Of a stretch of 64,000 nucleotides of DNA, positions 19,152 through 28,854 are shown piece by piece. The notes beneath the pieces were generated by a model, which was not told the DNA's origin, made no database searches, and was given only the letters and a program-made list of their open reading frames with translations. The position numbers were made by a program, and so were the translations under genes. The stretch comes from an uncultured Eubacteriales bacterium (GTDB lineage Bacteria; Bacillota; Clostridia; Oscillospirales; Ruminococcaceae): assembly GCA_900319075.1 (NCBI GenBank), contig ONMZ01000004.1:2357-66356 (forward strand). The letters are read 5' to 3'. Positions within the stretch are counted from its first letter, which is position 1. Each line of letters starts with the position of its first letter.

Positions 19152-20183
19152 TCAGCAGACCAAAAGTTCATTTTCTATATACACCGGGTCCACGCCGTAG
19201 CGTGTCCCCTCGATAATGTGTGTGATGTTTGAAAGCTCAAAGTCGCAAAGCTGGGTGAAGGCATAAAGTACCACCGATGCGTGAGAGCTGCGGTAGAGTA
19301 TATGTTCCAGCCTTTTGAATTTGTTGCGCTGCATTATTACCTCTATTTTGGTGCCGTCTGAAAACTCCTGATGCGCTTTGTTGCGGCTCAGCCAATCGAG
19401 CATCTGTTCGGGGGTGTCAAGCTCGTAATAGCTGTCGAGCTTTTTGCCTACGCCGGGGAGCTTTATCTGGTGCTGCTTTATCTGCTGGGGAGTAAAGTCG
19501 AAAAATGCCTTCATACGGTATGCGTTTATCATGTTCAGCAAGTCTATCTCGTCCTTGAGCATTTTTATCATTTCATCCTTTTCCTCGTCGGAAAATGATT
19601 TTTCCGCCTGTTTAAGAATACGGGCGTAATAGCTTGTACGCAGCTGTCTTTCGCACTCGGTATAATCCACCGTGCCGTCGTCGGCAAGACGCACCCGGAC
19701 AAGGGGCTTGTAATATTCGGTGGTACGCAATAGTTTAACAAGCTCTGTAAAGCTCTCTGCACGGCTCAATTCCAGCAGGTCAAGGTCAGAATACTTTGTG
19801 ATATAACCGGGAAGATAGTCCAGATAGGATCTGTCCAGTCCGGAGTTTATGCTGTTGATAAGCATAAGCAGACAGCCGATCTCCGACCTGCTTATGAGGA
19901 AATCGAAGAAGGGCAGCTTGTCAAGCTGCTGAAACTTGCAAAGTCTGATGTAGGTTTCAAAATTTTCCTTTTCCAGCAGTGTTTCCAGAAAACCACGGTG
20001 AACGGTCATGGGGTCGATGTCTTTGAGAACGTCCTTGAAACGGACCGTTGCCGAAAGGTATTCTGCTATCTCCGGAACGCTCCTTCTGGCAAGCATCTCA
20101 CGGTAGTTTTCCCCCGTGAGCATCCTGCCGTGCAGGGCACGTATTTTTGCCACTGTTGCATTTGACGACACACTCTCAAGCAT
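19152..20183 (-). CDS. ntpC: V/A-type ATP synthase subunit C/d
   Basis: AKIRALHGRML..E.Y; EL.NI.HIIEG.RY; operon position. Confidence 0.9.
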   Translation of the reverse strand: MLESVSSNATVAKIRALHGRMLTGENYREMLARRSVPEIAEYLSATVRFKDVLKDIDPMTVHRGFLETLLEKENFETYIRLCKFQQLDKLPFFDFLISRSEIGCLLMLINSINSGLDRSYLDYLPGYITKYSDLDLLELSRAESFTELVKLLRTTEYYKPLVRVRLADDGTVDYTECERQLRTSYYARILKQAEKSFSDEEKDEMIKMLKDEIDLLNMINAYRMKAFFDFTPQQIKQHQIKLPGVGKKLDSYYELDTPEQMLDWLSRNKAHQEFSDGTKIEVIMQRNKFKRLEHILYRSSHASVVLYAFTQLCDFELSNITHIIEGTRYGVDPVYIENELLVC

Positions 20184-20213
20184 ACCGTGTCCCTCCCTTG
20201 AAGCTCCCGGATG

Positions 20214-20525
20214 TTATTTTTCGGAAAATACCCTTTCCACAATGGCTTTTTCCCATTTTTTGTGCTTGGCGGAATAAAGCGCATCTATCCCGGCGATCTT
20301 GTCCTTTTCGTTTTTTTCGATCTTGGCGATCTGCGCCTCGGTCTGTTTTTTGCACTTTTCAATGACCTTTGCCCTGTAAGTTTCCACTTTTTCCGACGAG
20401 GTGCGTTCAAGATCCGCAATTTCGTCATGGGTGAGCTGTTCAAGCTCCGCCTTCTTTTCGTTGGCTCTGATTATTTTTGCATCTGCCAGTTTGTCTGTTT
20501 GTAAGATCTCAGAGATTATGTCCAC
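20214..20525 (-). CDS. Probable V/A-type ATPase peripheral stalk subunit G/H
   Basis: About 103-aa charged coiled coil, first gene of operon; GTG start at 20525 is my estimate. Confidence 0.7.
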   Translation of the reverse strand: MDIISEILQTDKLADAKIIRANEKKAELEQLTHDEIADLERTSSEKVETYRAKVIEKCKKQTEAQIAKIEKNEKDKIAGIDALYSAKHKKWEKAIVERVFSEK

Positions 20526-20579
20526 GCTTCTCACTTCCGTTTCGTACAAAAAAATAAATCTAAACTATATTTTACACCT

Positions 20580-20623
20580 TTTTAATAATTATAACAAGTG
20601 GTAATTTGTTAACGAAATCACAA
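20580..20623 (-). promoter_or_regulatory. V-ATPase promoter (extended -10) with Rex-like operator
   Basis: TTGTTAACGAAATCACAA at 20606-20623 over the -35 position; minus strand TGTTATAAT. Confidence 0.6.
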
Positions 20624-20871
20624 TTGTAACTAATTCATTATTGAAAAGGGGAAACTGTGTTAACAAGCTCGAAGGGGACACTATTTGTTGTAATAAATGA
20701 CCTGCTTTAGCACAACATCTTGTGGCAGTGTGCAAAACGCACATACAAAGGCCTTTCAAAAGGGGGATTTTCTCTTTGCACGTGGGGTGAACGCCCTTGA
20801 CAAATCTTTTGAAAAGTGGTATATTCGTACTTACCGCAAGTACATCTGTTCGCAGGAGGTGGACTGAAAAA

Positions 20872-21318
20872 ATGTCTGCAAAAGAGGACAAGCTTGTAAT
20901 AGTAAACTCTGAGGTGCTCCCGGAGATAATCCTGAAGGTCCTTACCGCAAAAGGTATGAGGGCAAGAGGAGAGGCTGCAACTTCGGCTGAAGCTTGCAGA
21001 GCCGTGGGTATTTCAAGAAGTGCGTATTACAAGTACAAGGACTGTGTTTTCAATTATGAGGAGCAGCTCACGAATAATATTTTGTCTGTCTATCTTATCC
21101 TGCGGGATGAAAAAGGCGTGTTAAGCTCCATTATCTCAAAGCTTTATGAGCTTAACACCAACATTCTTACCATAAACCAGAATATCCCCGTTGACTCTGT
21201 GGCGACGGTGACTGTTTCGGTAAGGTTTGACCATGGACTTGTGTCCGTACAGCAGCTGAAAACCGAGCTGGGCAAGGTAAAAGGCGTGGTGGATGTAAAG
21301 CTTATATCCGGAGAATGA
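20872..21318 (+). CDS. ACT-domain protein (UPF0735/PheB-like)
   Basis: VGISRSAYYKYKD, NILTINQNIP; AGGAGGT SD; typical neighbour of hom. Confidence 0.88.
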   Translation: MSAKEDKLVIVNSEVLPEIILKVLTAKGMRARGEAATSAEACRAVGISRSAYYKYKDCVFNYEEQLTNNILSVYLILRDEKGVLSSIISKLYELNTNILTINQNIPVDSVATVTVSVRFDHGLVSVQQLKTELGKVKGVVDVKLISGE

Positions 21319-21353
21319 AGCACAGCAGAGATAGAGAGGAAAGGTAAGATCAT

Positions 21354-22595
21354 ATGAGTAAGGTCGCAATAATAGGATACGGAACGGTAGGCTCGGGAAC
21401 GGTAGAGCTTTTTATGAAAAACCGTGAGTCTATCTCCCGGAAGGTGGGGAAGGAATGTGATATCAAGTATATACTTGATCTGAGGGATTTCCCCGATTCT
21501 CCCTTTGCAGATCGGATGATAAAGGATTTTGATACGATACTTAACGATGACGAGGTCACCGTTGTAGCCGAGGTAGTGGGGGGCACCACGTTTGCCTATG
21601 ATTACACCAAAAGGCTGCTGGAAAAGGGAAAGAGCGTTGTCACATCAAATAAGGCTCTTGTGGCAGAAAAGGGTGCAGAGCTGATAAAGCTGGCAAAGGA
21701 GCACAAGTGCAACTATCTTTTTGAAGCCAGCGTAGGCGGCGGGATACCTATTCTCAGACCTATAAACAAATGCCTTGCCGGAAACGAGATTCTCAGCATT
21801 TCCGGAATACTCAACGGCACCACGAACTTTATACTTTCCAAAATGATAAAAGAACAGATGTCCTTTGACGATGCCCTTAAAAAGGCTCAGGAGCTTGGCT
21901 ATGCCGAGGCTGACCCCACGGCGGATGTTGAGGGTGAGGACGCCTGCCGCAAGATATGCATACTCGGCTCGCTTGCATACGGAAAGCATATTTATCCGGA
22001 AATGGTCCATTGTTCGGGAATAACAAGAATAACCCTTGATGACGTGGAGTATGCAGATAATGCAGGGTATGTTATAAAGCTTATCGGCTCGGTGAAAAAG
22101 CTGGAGGACGGAAAGCTTAAAGCTATCGTCTGCCCAAGGTTCGTGCCAAAGTCAAACCTGCTTGCCAGCGTAGATGATGTGTACAACGCCATAAGCGTTG
22201 TGGGCGACGGCGTAGGAAATGTAATGTTCTACGGACAGGGCGCAGGAAAGCTGCCTACGGCATCTGCCGTGGTGGGAGATATAATCGACTGTCTCAAGCA
22301 CCCGCAAACTGTTCTTGCAGTCAACTGGGAGGACAGCGAGGATAAGAGCTTTGTGGTCCCCTATAAACAGACGAACACCTCGGTTTATGTAAGGATACAG
22401 GCTGACAACGCAGAGGCGCTCAAAGGCTCGCTGAGCGAAATGTTCGGAAAGCTGATGTATATCGAAAGAGCAGGCAGACCCGAAAACGAGATAGCGTTTA
22501 TAACGCCCACAATGAAAGAAGCAGATATCGACGATAATCTCACCATTCTTTCCCACACTGCTCAGATAATGAGTAAGATAAGAATTTATCAGTAA
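21354..22595 (+). CDS. hom: Homoserine dehydrogenase
   Basis: GYGTVGSG, FEASVGGGIP, GILNGTTNFIL, AQELGYAEADPTADVEG, GAGKLPTASAV. Confidence 0.96.
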   Translation: MSKVAIIGYGTVGSGTVELFMKNRESISRKVGKECDIKYILDLRDFPDSPFADRMIKDFDTILNDDEVTVVAEVVGGTTFAYDYTKRLLEKGKSVVTSNKALVAEKGAELIKLAKEHKCNYLFEASVGGGIPILRPINKCLAGNEILSISGILNGTTNFILSKMIKEQMSFDDALKKAQELGYAEADPTADVEGEDACRKICILGSLAYGKHIYPEMVHCSGITRITLDDVEYADNAGYVIKLIGSVKKLEDGKLKAIVCPRFVPKSNLLASVDDVYNAISVVGDGVGNVMFYGQGAGKLPTASAVVGDIIDCLKHPQTVLAVNWEDSEDKSFVVPYKQTNTSVYVRIQADNAEALKGSLSEMFGKLMYIERAGRPENEIAFITPTMKEADIDDNLTILSHTAQIMSKIRIYQ

Positions 22596-22737
22596 ATTGT
22601 AATTGCCTCCTTACGGTCATGACCGGGGGAGGTTTATTGTTTATGCAGATTTAACAAAATCACCATATGTTGATTTGTGATATTTCACAAGTCTGAAACT
22701 GCGGAAATGCGCTGAAAAGTTATTTGCAAAAAAACTG

Positions 22738-22766
22738 TTGCAAAAAAAACAGCTATGTGTTATACT
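22738..22766 (+). promoter_or_regulatory. sigma-A promoter
   Basis: TTGCAA-17bp-TATACT. Confidence 0.65.
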
Positions 22767-22841
22767 GTTAATGTTAATATTGTTTTAATAATAAAGCCGT
22801 CCTGATCGGCTTGTCACATACTCCGGGAAAGGAGAACAAAA

Positions 22842-25130
22842 ATGAGCAAACGTTTTACCGTGGGACTTGTTATAGCTAATATTGCCTTTGACCAGTTCAG
22901 CAAGGAAATAGCTAAGGGAGCGATAGCTGCCGCAGAGAAATTGGATGTTAACCTTGCTATAATCCCTATGAAGTATATAGGCAGAGATGTTGCGCCGGAA
23001 AGTGCCGACGAAAAGTATGACTATATGTTCAATACCCTGCTTAACCATGTATCTAACCATAACCTTGATTATATAATCATAACCATAGGCGAGATAGCGT
23101 ATTCAATGACAAAGCAGGATATGTACAGCCTTATAAAAAGTATCGGAAAAACACCTGTGCTCTCTATCGCTGCCGAGGTAGAGGGTTATGAAAGCATGAT
23201 CTTTGATAACACCACCGGTGTTAAGGAAGCGGTAAAATATCTTATAAAGTCCGGCAGAAAGCATATCGGGCTTATGAAAGGTGAGCCTTATAACTATGAC
23301 TGCATCGAGCGAAATGCAGCGTATAAGGAAGCCATAGAAGAGGGCGGACTGGAGTATAACGAAAAGCTTACCATATATAACGATATGTCCTCGTTCTGTC
23401 ATGAACAGGTGGAAAAGCTCCTTGCGGACAACCCGGATATGGACGCTATCGTTTGCTGTAACGATAACACAGCAGCTACGGTCTATGAGGTCCTTGAAAG
23501 ACATAATATCACCATAGGCGAACAGATCGCTGTGGTGGGCTTTGACGATCTGCCCATCGCACAGCAGCTCAACCCGCCCCTTGCGTCTGTGAACGCAGAT
23601 GCGGAAGGGCTTGCATATGCTGCCGTTGCCAGAGCAGTGGACTACCTTAACGGAAACACTCAGTTTGTCGAGCATAAAAGAATAGCCACCAAGTTTATTC
23701 TGAGAGAGTCTTGTTTCCGTAAGGCGGAGTATCCGGATTACAGCAGCATTTTTGACCTTAACTGCCGGGACTGTGCCCGGGAGTTAATGAAGATAGCTTA
23801 TGACGACTTTACCTCGGAGGAACGGTATAAAAAGACATTTAAAGCTTGTGAAAGATTCCTTGAAATGGTGGATGCTGTCTTTCTCACCGAACAGGGGGAT
23901 AAAAATAAAAAGAGCGTTGACGATTTCATAAATCTCATCGACAAGCTTTTCAGAGGCAGAGAGGGCTTTTATGCCTTCAATATAAATAAATTCCTTGCGG
24001 TAGTGGATACGGGTATGAAGTACCTGGTGAACAGGCTCCCCGACAGATTGGGGGACATAATCACCGTGTTTACCCACCTGAACCAGATGATAGCTTACAG
24101 TATAGAGCTGCACCGCACGTATGACAATAACCGCAGCTTTGATGTGAGCCACAGATCCAATATCATCACACGTGACGTTCTGATGTTTGCCACCGAGGAT
24201 ATGGAAAACGCCTGCGGATCTATGCTGCGTCAGCTGCATCTGCTGAATATCAGAACAGCGTACCTGTACCTTCTGCAAAAACCTATCGTCTGCAACAGCC
24301 GAACTGATATGCCAAAGGTGTCCAGCTGGAATCTTGTGGCATATAATGAGGACAGAAGGGTGTATGTTGTTCCTGCCAACCGACAGGAGATAAGATCACA
24401 GGATCTGTTCAAGCACGAGTATCTGCCCTCGGACAGACGCTGGACAATGCTTGTTACCGTGCTTTACTCCAATAATGTACAGTACGGACTGGCAATGTTT
24501 GAGATGCCCTATGACTATTTCAACTATCTTGAGTATCTTACCTATCAGCTCAGCGCAGCGGTAAAGATACAAGAGCTTATCAAGACCCAGAACGAGACAC
24601 TTATCCAGCTCAATAAAATAAATATCGCACTGCATAATATGTCCAGCCTTGACCAGCTCACGGGAGCGCTTAACCGCAGAGGATTTTACAGCGAGGCTGC
24701 AAAGCAGTTTGAGCAGATGACCGACAGGCTAATTGTGCTTTTTGTTGACCTGGACGGACTGAAGATGATAAACGACAACTTCGGACACTCTGAAGGAGAT
24801 ATCGCCATAAAAGCTGTTGCCGATTGTCTGCGTGAGGTCATCGGTGACGTGGGCATAGTGGGCAGAGTAGGCGGTGACGAGTTCGTGGCAATGATGCCGT
24901 CGATATTTGATAATATGACCGATTATGTGAGAAATAAGTGCAACGAGGTCATGGATCAGCTTAACGAAAGGTTGAAAAGGCCGTATAAAATAGCCATGTC
25001 AATGGGTATTTTCGAGTGTAAGGCAAATGAATACAAGAGCATTGCCGAGATAATCGACAAGGCGGACTATCTGCTTTATGTACAAAAGCGTGAAAAGAAA
25101 AAGCTGATAGACGGTGGATATAATCAATAA
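22842..25130 (+). CDS. Diguanylate cyclase with N-terminal LacI-type sugar-binding domain (no HTH)
   Basis: DAIVCCND, AVVGFDD..PPLASV, LRES; D.LTG..NRRGF, DLDGLKMINDNFGH..GD, intact GGDEF. Confidence 0.9.
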   Translation: MSKRFTVGLVIANIAFDQFSKEIAKGAIAAAEKLDVNLAIIPMKYIGRDVAPESADEKYDYMFNTLLNHVSNHNLDYIIITIGEIAYSMTKQDMYSLIKSIGKTPVLSIAAEVEGYESMIFDNTTGVKEAVKYLIKSGRKHIGLMKGEPYNYDCIERNAAYKEAIEEGGLEYNEKLTIYNDMSSFCHEQVEKLLADNPDMDAIVCCNDNTAATVYEVLERHNITIGEQIAVVGFDDLPIAQQLNPPLASVNADAEGLAYAAVARAVDYLNGNTQFVEHKRIATKFILRESCFRKAEYPDYSSIFDLNCRDCARELMKIAYDDFTSEERYKKTFKACERFLEMVDAVFLTEQGDKNKKSVDDFINLIDKLFRGREGFYAFNINKFLAVVDTGMKYLVNRLPDRLGDIITVFTHLNQMIAYSIELHRTYDNNRSFDVSHRSNIITRDVLMFATEDMENACGSMLRQLHLLNIRTAYLYLLQKPIVCNSRTDMPKVSSWNLVAYNEDRRVYVVPANRQEIRSQDLFKHEYLPSDRRWTMLVTVLYSNNVQYGLAMFEMPYDYFNYLEYLTYQLSAAVKIQELIKTQNETLIQLNKINIALHNMSSLDQLTGALNRRGFYSEAAKQFEQMTDRLIVLFVDLDGLKMINDNFGHSEGDIAIKAVADCLREVIGDVGIVGRVGGDEFVAMMPSIFDNMTDYVRNKCNEVMDQLNERLKRPYKIAMSMGIFECKANEYKSIAEIIDKADYLLYVQKREKKKLIDGGYNQ

Positions 25131-25137
25131 AAAACAG

Positions 25138-25175
25138 GTCCGAGGGCATTTGAAAAGTGCTTTCGGACTTTTTTT
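25138..25175 (+). terminator. Intrinsic terminator
   Basis: GTCCGAGGGCA...TGCTTTCGGAC followed by a T-run. Confidence 0.7.
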
Positions 25176-25342
25176 GCGGATTGCAAATAGCAGTAAATCA
25201 CGGATAAAAATTATAATTTCTGCATACAACTTGATAAATATGAAAATAATTGACAAAACGATGCGGATATGATATAGTTGCTGTAAAGCAGACTGCTGCG
25301 AAGATCGGGAGTATGATTTGACAGAAAAGTAGGGTGCATAAT

Positions 25343-26182
25343 ATGAAAAGACATCTGATGATAACGGTGATCGCCTGTGCACTTGTTATGGCAGGCTGCG
25401 CCGATGCAAACAGTTCAAGCTCAAGTGAAAAAACAGACTCACAGCAGCAAAGCAGCAGCCTTGCTGACAGTTCATCCGAGGTGTCGGCAGCCGAGCCTGA
25501 CGGAAAGAGTGAGAAGTATCCTACAAATGCACCTGAGCAGTGGAAAAGCGAGGTCAAGGTAGAAGGCAGCAGGATAACTTACGGCAGCTTTGATGAGCTT
25601 GAGAAAGCATCGGATCTTATCGTTATAGGTGAATATGCCGAAAACACAAGACAGTACCCTGAATATGAGCAAAGCAGCGAATTCGGTAAAGAGATACTTG
25701 TTGACTGCGTTTCAAAAAACACGATAAAAGTTGAAAAGGTGCTGAAAGGAGAGGCGGTGCAGAGCATAAAAATTTCCCAGAGATACGGCATTTCCGAAAC
25801 GGACGGTGAGCTTGTTGCATTCACCGGGCTGACACCGATGAAAAAAGGTGACCGCTGGATATTCTTTCTTCAATATGACAAGCAGAGAGATACCTATTGG
25901 GTGGCAGGCGATCACAGCGGCAGATACCCTTTGCCGGATGAGAAACTGAGGGGGCTGTGCAGCAGTATGGCGGACTATAACGAAGAGCTGAACAAATATG
26001 TGAAAGAAAACAATATAGATCTGAGTAATGTTAAGCCGCAACAGCAGGCAGGACTTGCAAAGTTTGATGAAAAACGGCAGGAGATATTGAACGGAGCAGA
26101 TAAAAATGTATTTGGTGTTTTAGATGCTGCGTCGATAAATCTGTCGCTTTACGGTGAAGTCTTAAAGAAGTTCGGTCTTTGA
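25343..26182 (+). CDS. Hypothetical lipoprotein
   Basis: Lipobox VMAGC, Ser-rich linker, globular domain (SFDELEKASDLIVIG...KVEKVLKG); own TTGACA-17-TATAGT promoter near 25250. Confidence 0.8.
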   Translation: MKRHLMITVIACALVMAGCADANSSSSSEKTDSQQQSSSLADSSSEVSAAEPDGKSEKYPTNAPEQWKSEVKVEGSRITYGSFDELEKASDLIVIGEYAENTRQYPEYEQSSEFGKEILVDCVSKNTIKVEKVLKGEAVQSIKISQRYGISETDGELVAFTGLTPMKKGDRWIFFLQYDKQRDTYWVAGDHSGRYPLPDEKLRGLCSSMADYNEELNKYVKENNIDLSNVKPQQQAGLAKFDEKRQEILNGADKNVFGVLDAASINLSLYGEVLKKFGL

Positions 26183-26223
26183 ACAAGGATACGGTGAATA
26201 ATAATAAACGGTGTGAAGTTGTT

Positions 26224-26904
26224 TCACACCGTTTTGTTATGCTCGGGCATCTTATCGGACATTATATCTATGTAGGTATCAAAGCAGCTGTCGGCAGACT
26301 GCCTGAGCACTGCGTGGTCGGCTCTGCGCTTGGGGTCAAGGCGTGCATACACCCTGAAACCGCCCTGCTTTGCTGCCCCTACCCCCTCGGGGATATCTTC
26401 AAACACGGCACATTCCCCGGGCTTCAAGCCAAGCAGCTCTGCGGCGAGAAGGTATATATCGGGGAAGCCTTTGCCCCTTTCGACCTGCGATGTGGTGACG
26501 AATTCGCTGAAATACTCATACATTCCGCAGCGCTTTAATACCGGTTCGTAAAGCTCCTTTGAAGAGGCAGTGGCAAGGGCGAGCTTTACGCCTGCGGCAT
26601 GGAGCTGCTTTACAAACTGATGTGCGCCGCTGACCTCGGGGATATCGTTGGTGTAGTGCCAAATAGCCATATCACGCCACTCGGCTGCTATCTCCTCAAT
26701 AGTTTCGGGCAGGGAGAAAAGCTGCTTTGTATATATCGCTGCCTGGCGAAAATCCATTGCGGAAACAGCTTTTCCGTAGTTTTCGGGAACGGCGAAACCA
26801 CGCTTGCCGAGAAAGTCAATATCTATCTGCGTCCATACATCGCCCGATTCGATAAGAGTCCCGTCAAGGTCAAAAATGACTCCTTTGAAATTTGAAATGT
26901 CCAT
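26224..26904 (-). CDS. HAD-family phosphatase (beta-PGM-like)
   Basis: IFDLDGTL, ATAS, GK.FPDIY, VFED. Confidence 0.9.
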   Translation of the reverse strand: MDISNFKGVIFDLDGTLIESGDVWTQIDIDFLGKRGFAVPENYGKAVSAMDFRQAAIYTKQLFSLPETIEEIAAEWRDMAIWHYTNDIPEVSGAHQFVKQLHAAGVKLALATASSKELYEPVLKRCGMYEYFSEFVTTSQVERGKGFPDIYLLAAELLGLKPGECAVFEDIPEGVGAAKQGGFRVYARLDPKRRADHAVLRQSADSCFDTYIDIMSDKMPEHNKTV

Positions 26905-26924
26905 GATCCTCCTTGATCCTCCGC

Positions 26925-27308
26925 TTATTCAAACCAGGGGTAGCTTACGTTTTTTATTCCGCCCTTGACAGTCATATTCAGATAAAAGGTTTCAACGCCG
27001 CCTATGAACTGTCCCCCTTGCAGGATGACCTCGTTGGAAAGGCTGCCTGTTGAGGTGGAGGCAAAGACGGAAAAGATATCGTCTCTCAGGTCAAGGGTTA
27101 TCTGCTCGCCGTTTTTGATCCGTGAGCCGTTTGCGTCAAGCACCCGGGGGTCTATCCTTGAAATGGGCTGACCCAGCGCATCAAAGGAGCATATATCGCC
27201 GTAAAGCCCGAACTGCGCCATAAATGCCTGTTTTGAGCCGGGTATCACCCAGAAGGGCATGACGGCAGAGACAAATTTTTTTCGTCTTGTTACGATTATG
27301 CGTTTCAT
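26925..27308 (-). CDS. Hypothetical protein
   Basis: 127-aa ORF with ATGA overlap to the upstream gene and GAGGTG SD. Confidence 0.7.
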   Translation of the reverse strand: MKRIIVTRRKKFVSAVMPFWVIPGSKQAFMAQFGLYGDICSFDALGQPISRIDPRVLDANGSRIKNGEQITLDLRDDIFSVFASTSTGSLSNEVILQGGQFIGGVETFYLNMTVKGGIKNVSYPWFE

Positions 27309-27772
27309 TGCTGCACCTCGATAAATTCTCCCAAAAGCCCTGCGGAAAGCTCCACAAGCTCCTTGCAGGGGCGCTTTTTGTAGTACTCGCCTGTTCTCTT
27401 TGCAGGCTGAGGTGCACTTGCGCCGTCCAAGCCCAGAAGTTCCTTGCAGACGATACTGTCAAAGCCGTTTTCTTCCTTGAAGCGTGAGACAAAGGCTTGG
27501 ATAAGCTTGTACATCTCGCCCTTTGCCTGCTGGTCCCTCCCGTCGGTATAGCCGTGTTTTAAGCCCAGCACCATAACGGCACCGGATACAGAGCCGCAAA
27601 CCTCACGCAGCCTGCCTATTCCGCCGCCGAAACCGCAGGAGATCCGCATGGCTGTGTGCATATCAAGTCCCATATCTTCCGCCCAGGCTGCAACGACTGC
27701 CTGGGAACAGTTATAGCCTTGCATGAAATACTCGCCTGCAAGGCGTGCTTTGTCTTCATTGTACTTTTTCAT
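27305..27772 (-). CDS. C-GCAxxG-C-C family putative redox protein
   Basis: YNCSQAV, GFGGG.GR..EVCG.VSG, SIVCKELL, RPC. Confidence 0.9.
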   Translation of the reverse strand: MKKYNEDKARLAGEYFMQGYNCSQAVVAAWAEDMGLDMHTAMRISCGFGGGIGRLREVCGSVSGAVMVLGLKHGYTDGRDQQAKGEMYKLIQAFVSRFKEENGFDSIVCKELLGLDGASAPQPAKRTGEYYKKRPCKELVELSAGLLGEFIEVQQ

Positions 27773-27791
27773 AACTACTCCTTTATTCGCC

Positions 27792-27962
27792 CTATATCAG
27801 GTCTTTTATCGCATTAAGATACTTGCCGTCCTGACCGTCAAATATCTCCTCGCCCTGGCTCATATACGCTCTCATAAGGTACTGCCGTGTGTCGTCCGGC
27901 GGCTCCCATATAGCCATTCTTTCAAGTATAAACGCCATTTTATACGGCTCGCCTATTACCAT
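27792..27962 (-). CDS. Small hypothetical protein (56 aa; 48 aa from ATG 27938), absent from the ORF track
   Basis: MVIGEPYKMAFILERMAIWEPPDDTRQYLMRAYMSQGEEIFDGQDGKYLNAIKDLI*; fills the gap between a promoter (27993-28021) and the next gene's SD. Confidence 0.55.
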   Translation of the reverse strand: MVIGEPYKMAFILERMAIWEPPDDTRQYLMRAYMSQGEEIFDGQDGKYLNAIKDLI

Positions 27963-28097
27963 TGTGCGCCCCCGTTTTTAAATGATATTTTTAGTATAAC
28001 ACATCTTGCTGTGTATTTCAACTGCTGTTGTGGAAAGTGCACAAAAATAGTATAGTATTTTCTGCTGTTGCTGCGCTCGATAATTATTCAAACACCG

Positions 28098-28126
28098 TTG
28101 ACAAAAAGGTGGATTTCAGGTATAAT
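28098..28126 (+). promoter_or_regulatory. Consensus sigma-A promoter of rubrerythrin
   Basis: TTGACA-17bp-TATAAT. Confidence 0.8.
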
Positions 28127-28182
28127 GAATTTGTGCAAAAAGACAATTTTTCACGTAAATCAGCTATGGGAGGTAAATAATT

Positions 28183-28728
28183 ATGTCAAAATTCGTATGT
28201 TCGGTATGCGGTTACATCTATGAAGGCGAGCAGCCGCCGGAGAAGTGCCCACAGTGCGGCGTTCCCGGTTCAAAGTTCAACAAGGTCGAGGAAGAGAAGA
28301 TAATGTGGGCTGACGAGCACAAGCTTGGCTCTGCACAGGGACTTGACGAGGAGATCGTTCAGGGACTGCGTGATAATTTCAACGGTGAGTGCAGTGAGGT
28401 CGGTATGTATCTTGCTATGGCGAGAGTTGCTTACAGAGAGGGCTACCCCGAGGTCGGTATGTACTACGAGAAGGCGGCTTTTGAAGAGGCTGAGCACGCT
28501 GCAAAGTTCGCAGAGCTGCTTGGTGAGGTAGTTACACCGTCTACAAAGAAGAACCTTGAGCTTCGCTATATGGCTGAAAACGGCGCTTGCGAGGGCAAAA
28601 TGAAAATTGCGAAGAGAGCTAAGGAGCTTGGCTACGATGCTATCCACGATACCGTTCACGAGATGGCTAAGGACGAGGCAAGGCACGGCTGTGCTTTCAA
28701 AGGTCTGCTGGACAGATATTTCAAATAA
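28183..28728 (+). CDS. rbr: Reverse rubrerythrin / NADH peroxidase
   Basis: N-terminal rubredoxin CSVCG..CPQCG; diiron motifs EEAEHAAKF and DEARHG. Confidence 0.93.
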   Translation: MSKFVCSVCGYIYEGEQPPEKCPQCGVPGSKFNKVEEEKIMWADEHKLGSAQGLDEEIVQGLRDNFNGECSEVGMYLAMARVAYREGYPEVGMYYEKAAFEEAEHAAKFAELLGEVVTPSTKKNLELRYMAENGACEGKMKIAKRAKELGYDAIHDTVHEMAKDEARHGCAFKGLLDRYFK

Positions 28729-28745
28729 CAGATCGGTAAGGTTGT

Positions 28746-28783
28746 TTGGGGGACAGTCCTTTTGGATAAGGGTTGTCCCCCGA
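28746..28783 (+). repeat. Single REP-like hairpin of the same family as 43952-43988
   Basis: GGGGACAGTCCTTTTGGATAAGGGTTGTCCCC vs GGGGAAAACCCTTTTGGAGAAGGGTTGATCCCC. Confidence 0.6.
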
Positions 28784-28854
28784 GCTATATGGTTTTGGCG
28801 GCTGACAAAGTCAGCTTTGGCTTTATGAAAATATGATTTCAGGGGAGGATAAAC

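Noticed and set aside
20640-20870. Possible riboswitch or T-box upstream of ACT-hom
   Set aside because: A TTGACA/TATATT promoter lies about 50 nt from the start, and no conserved riboswitch motifs were recognised.
28077-28092. PerR/Fur-like box (GATAATTATTCA) upstream of rubrerythrin
   Set aside because: Only a partial match in AT-rich DNA; biologically plausible but not supportable.
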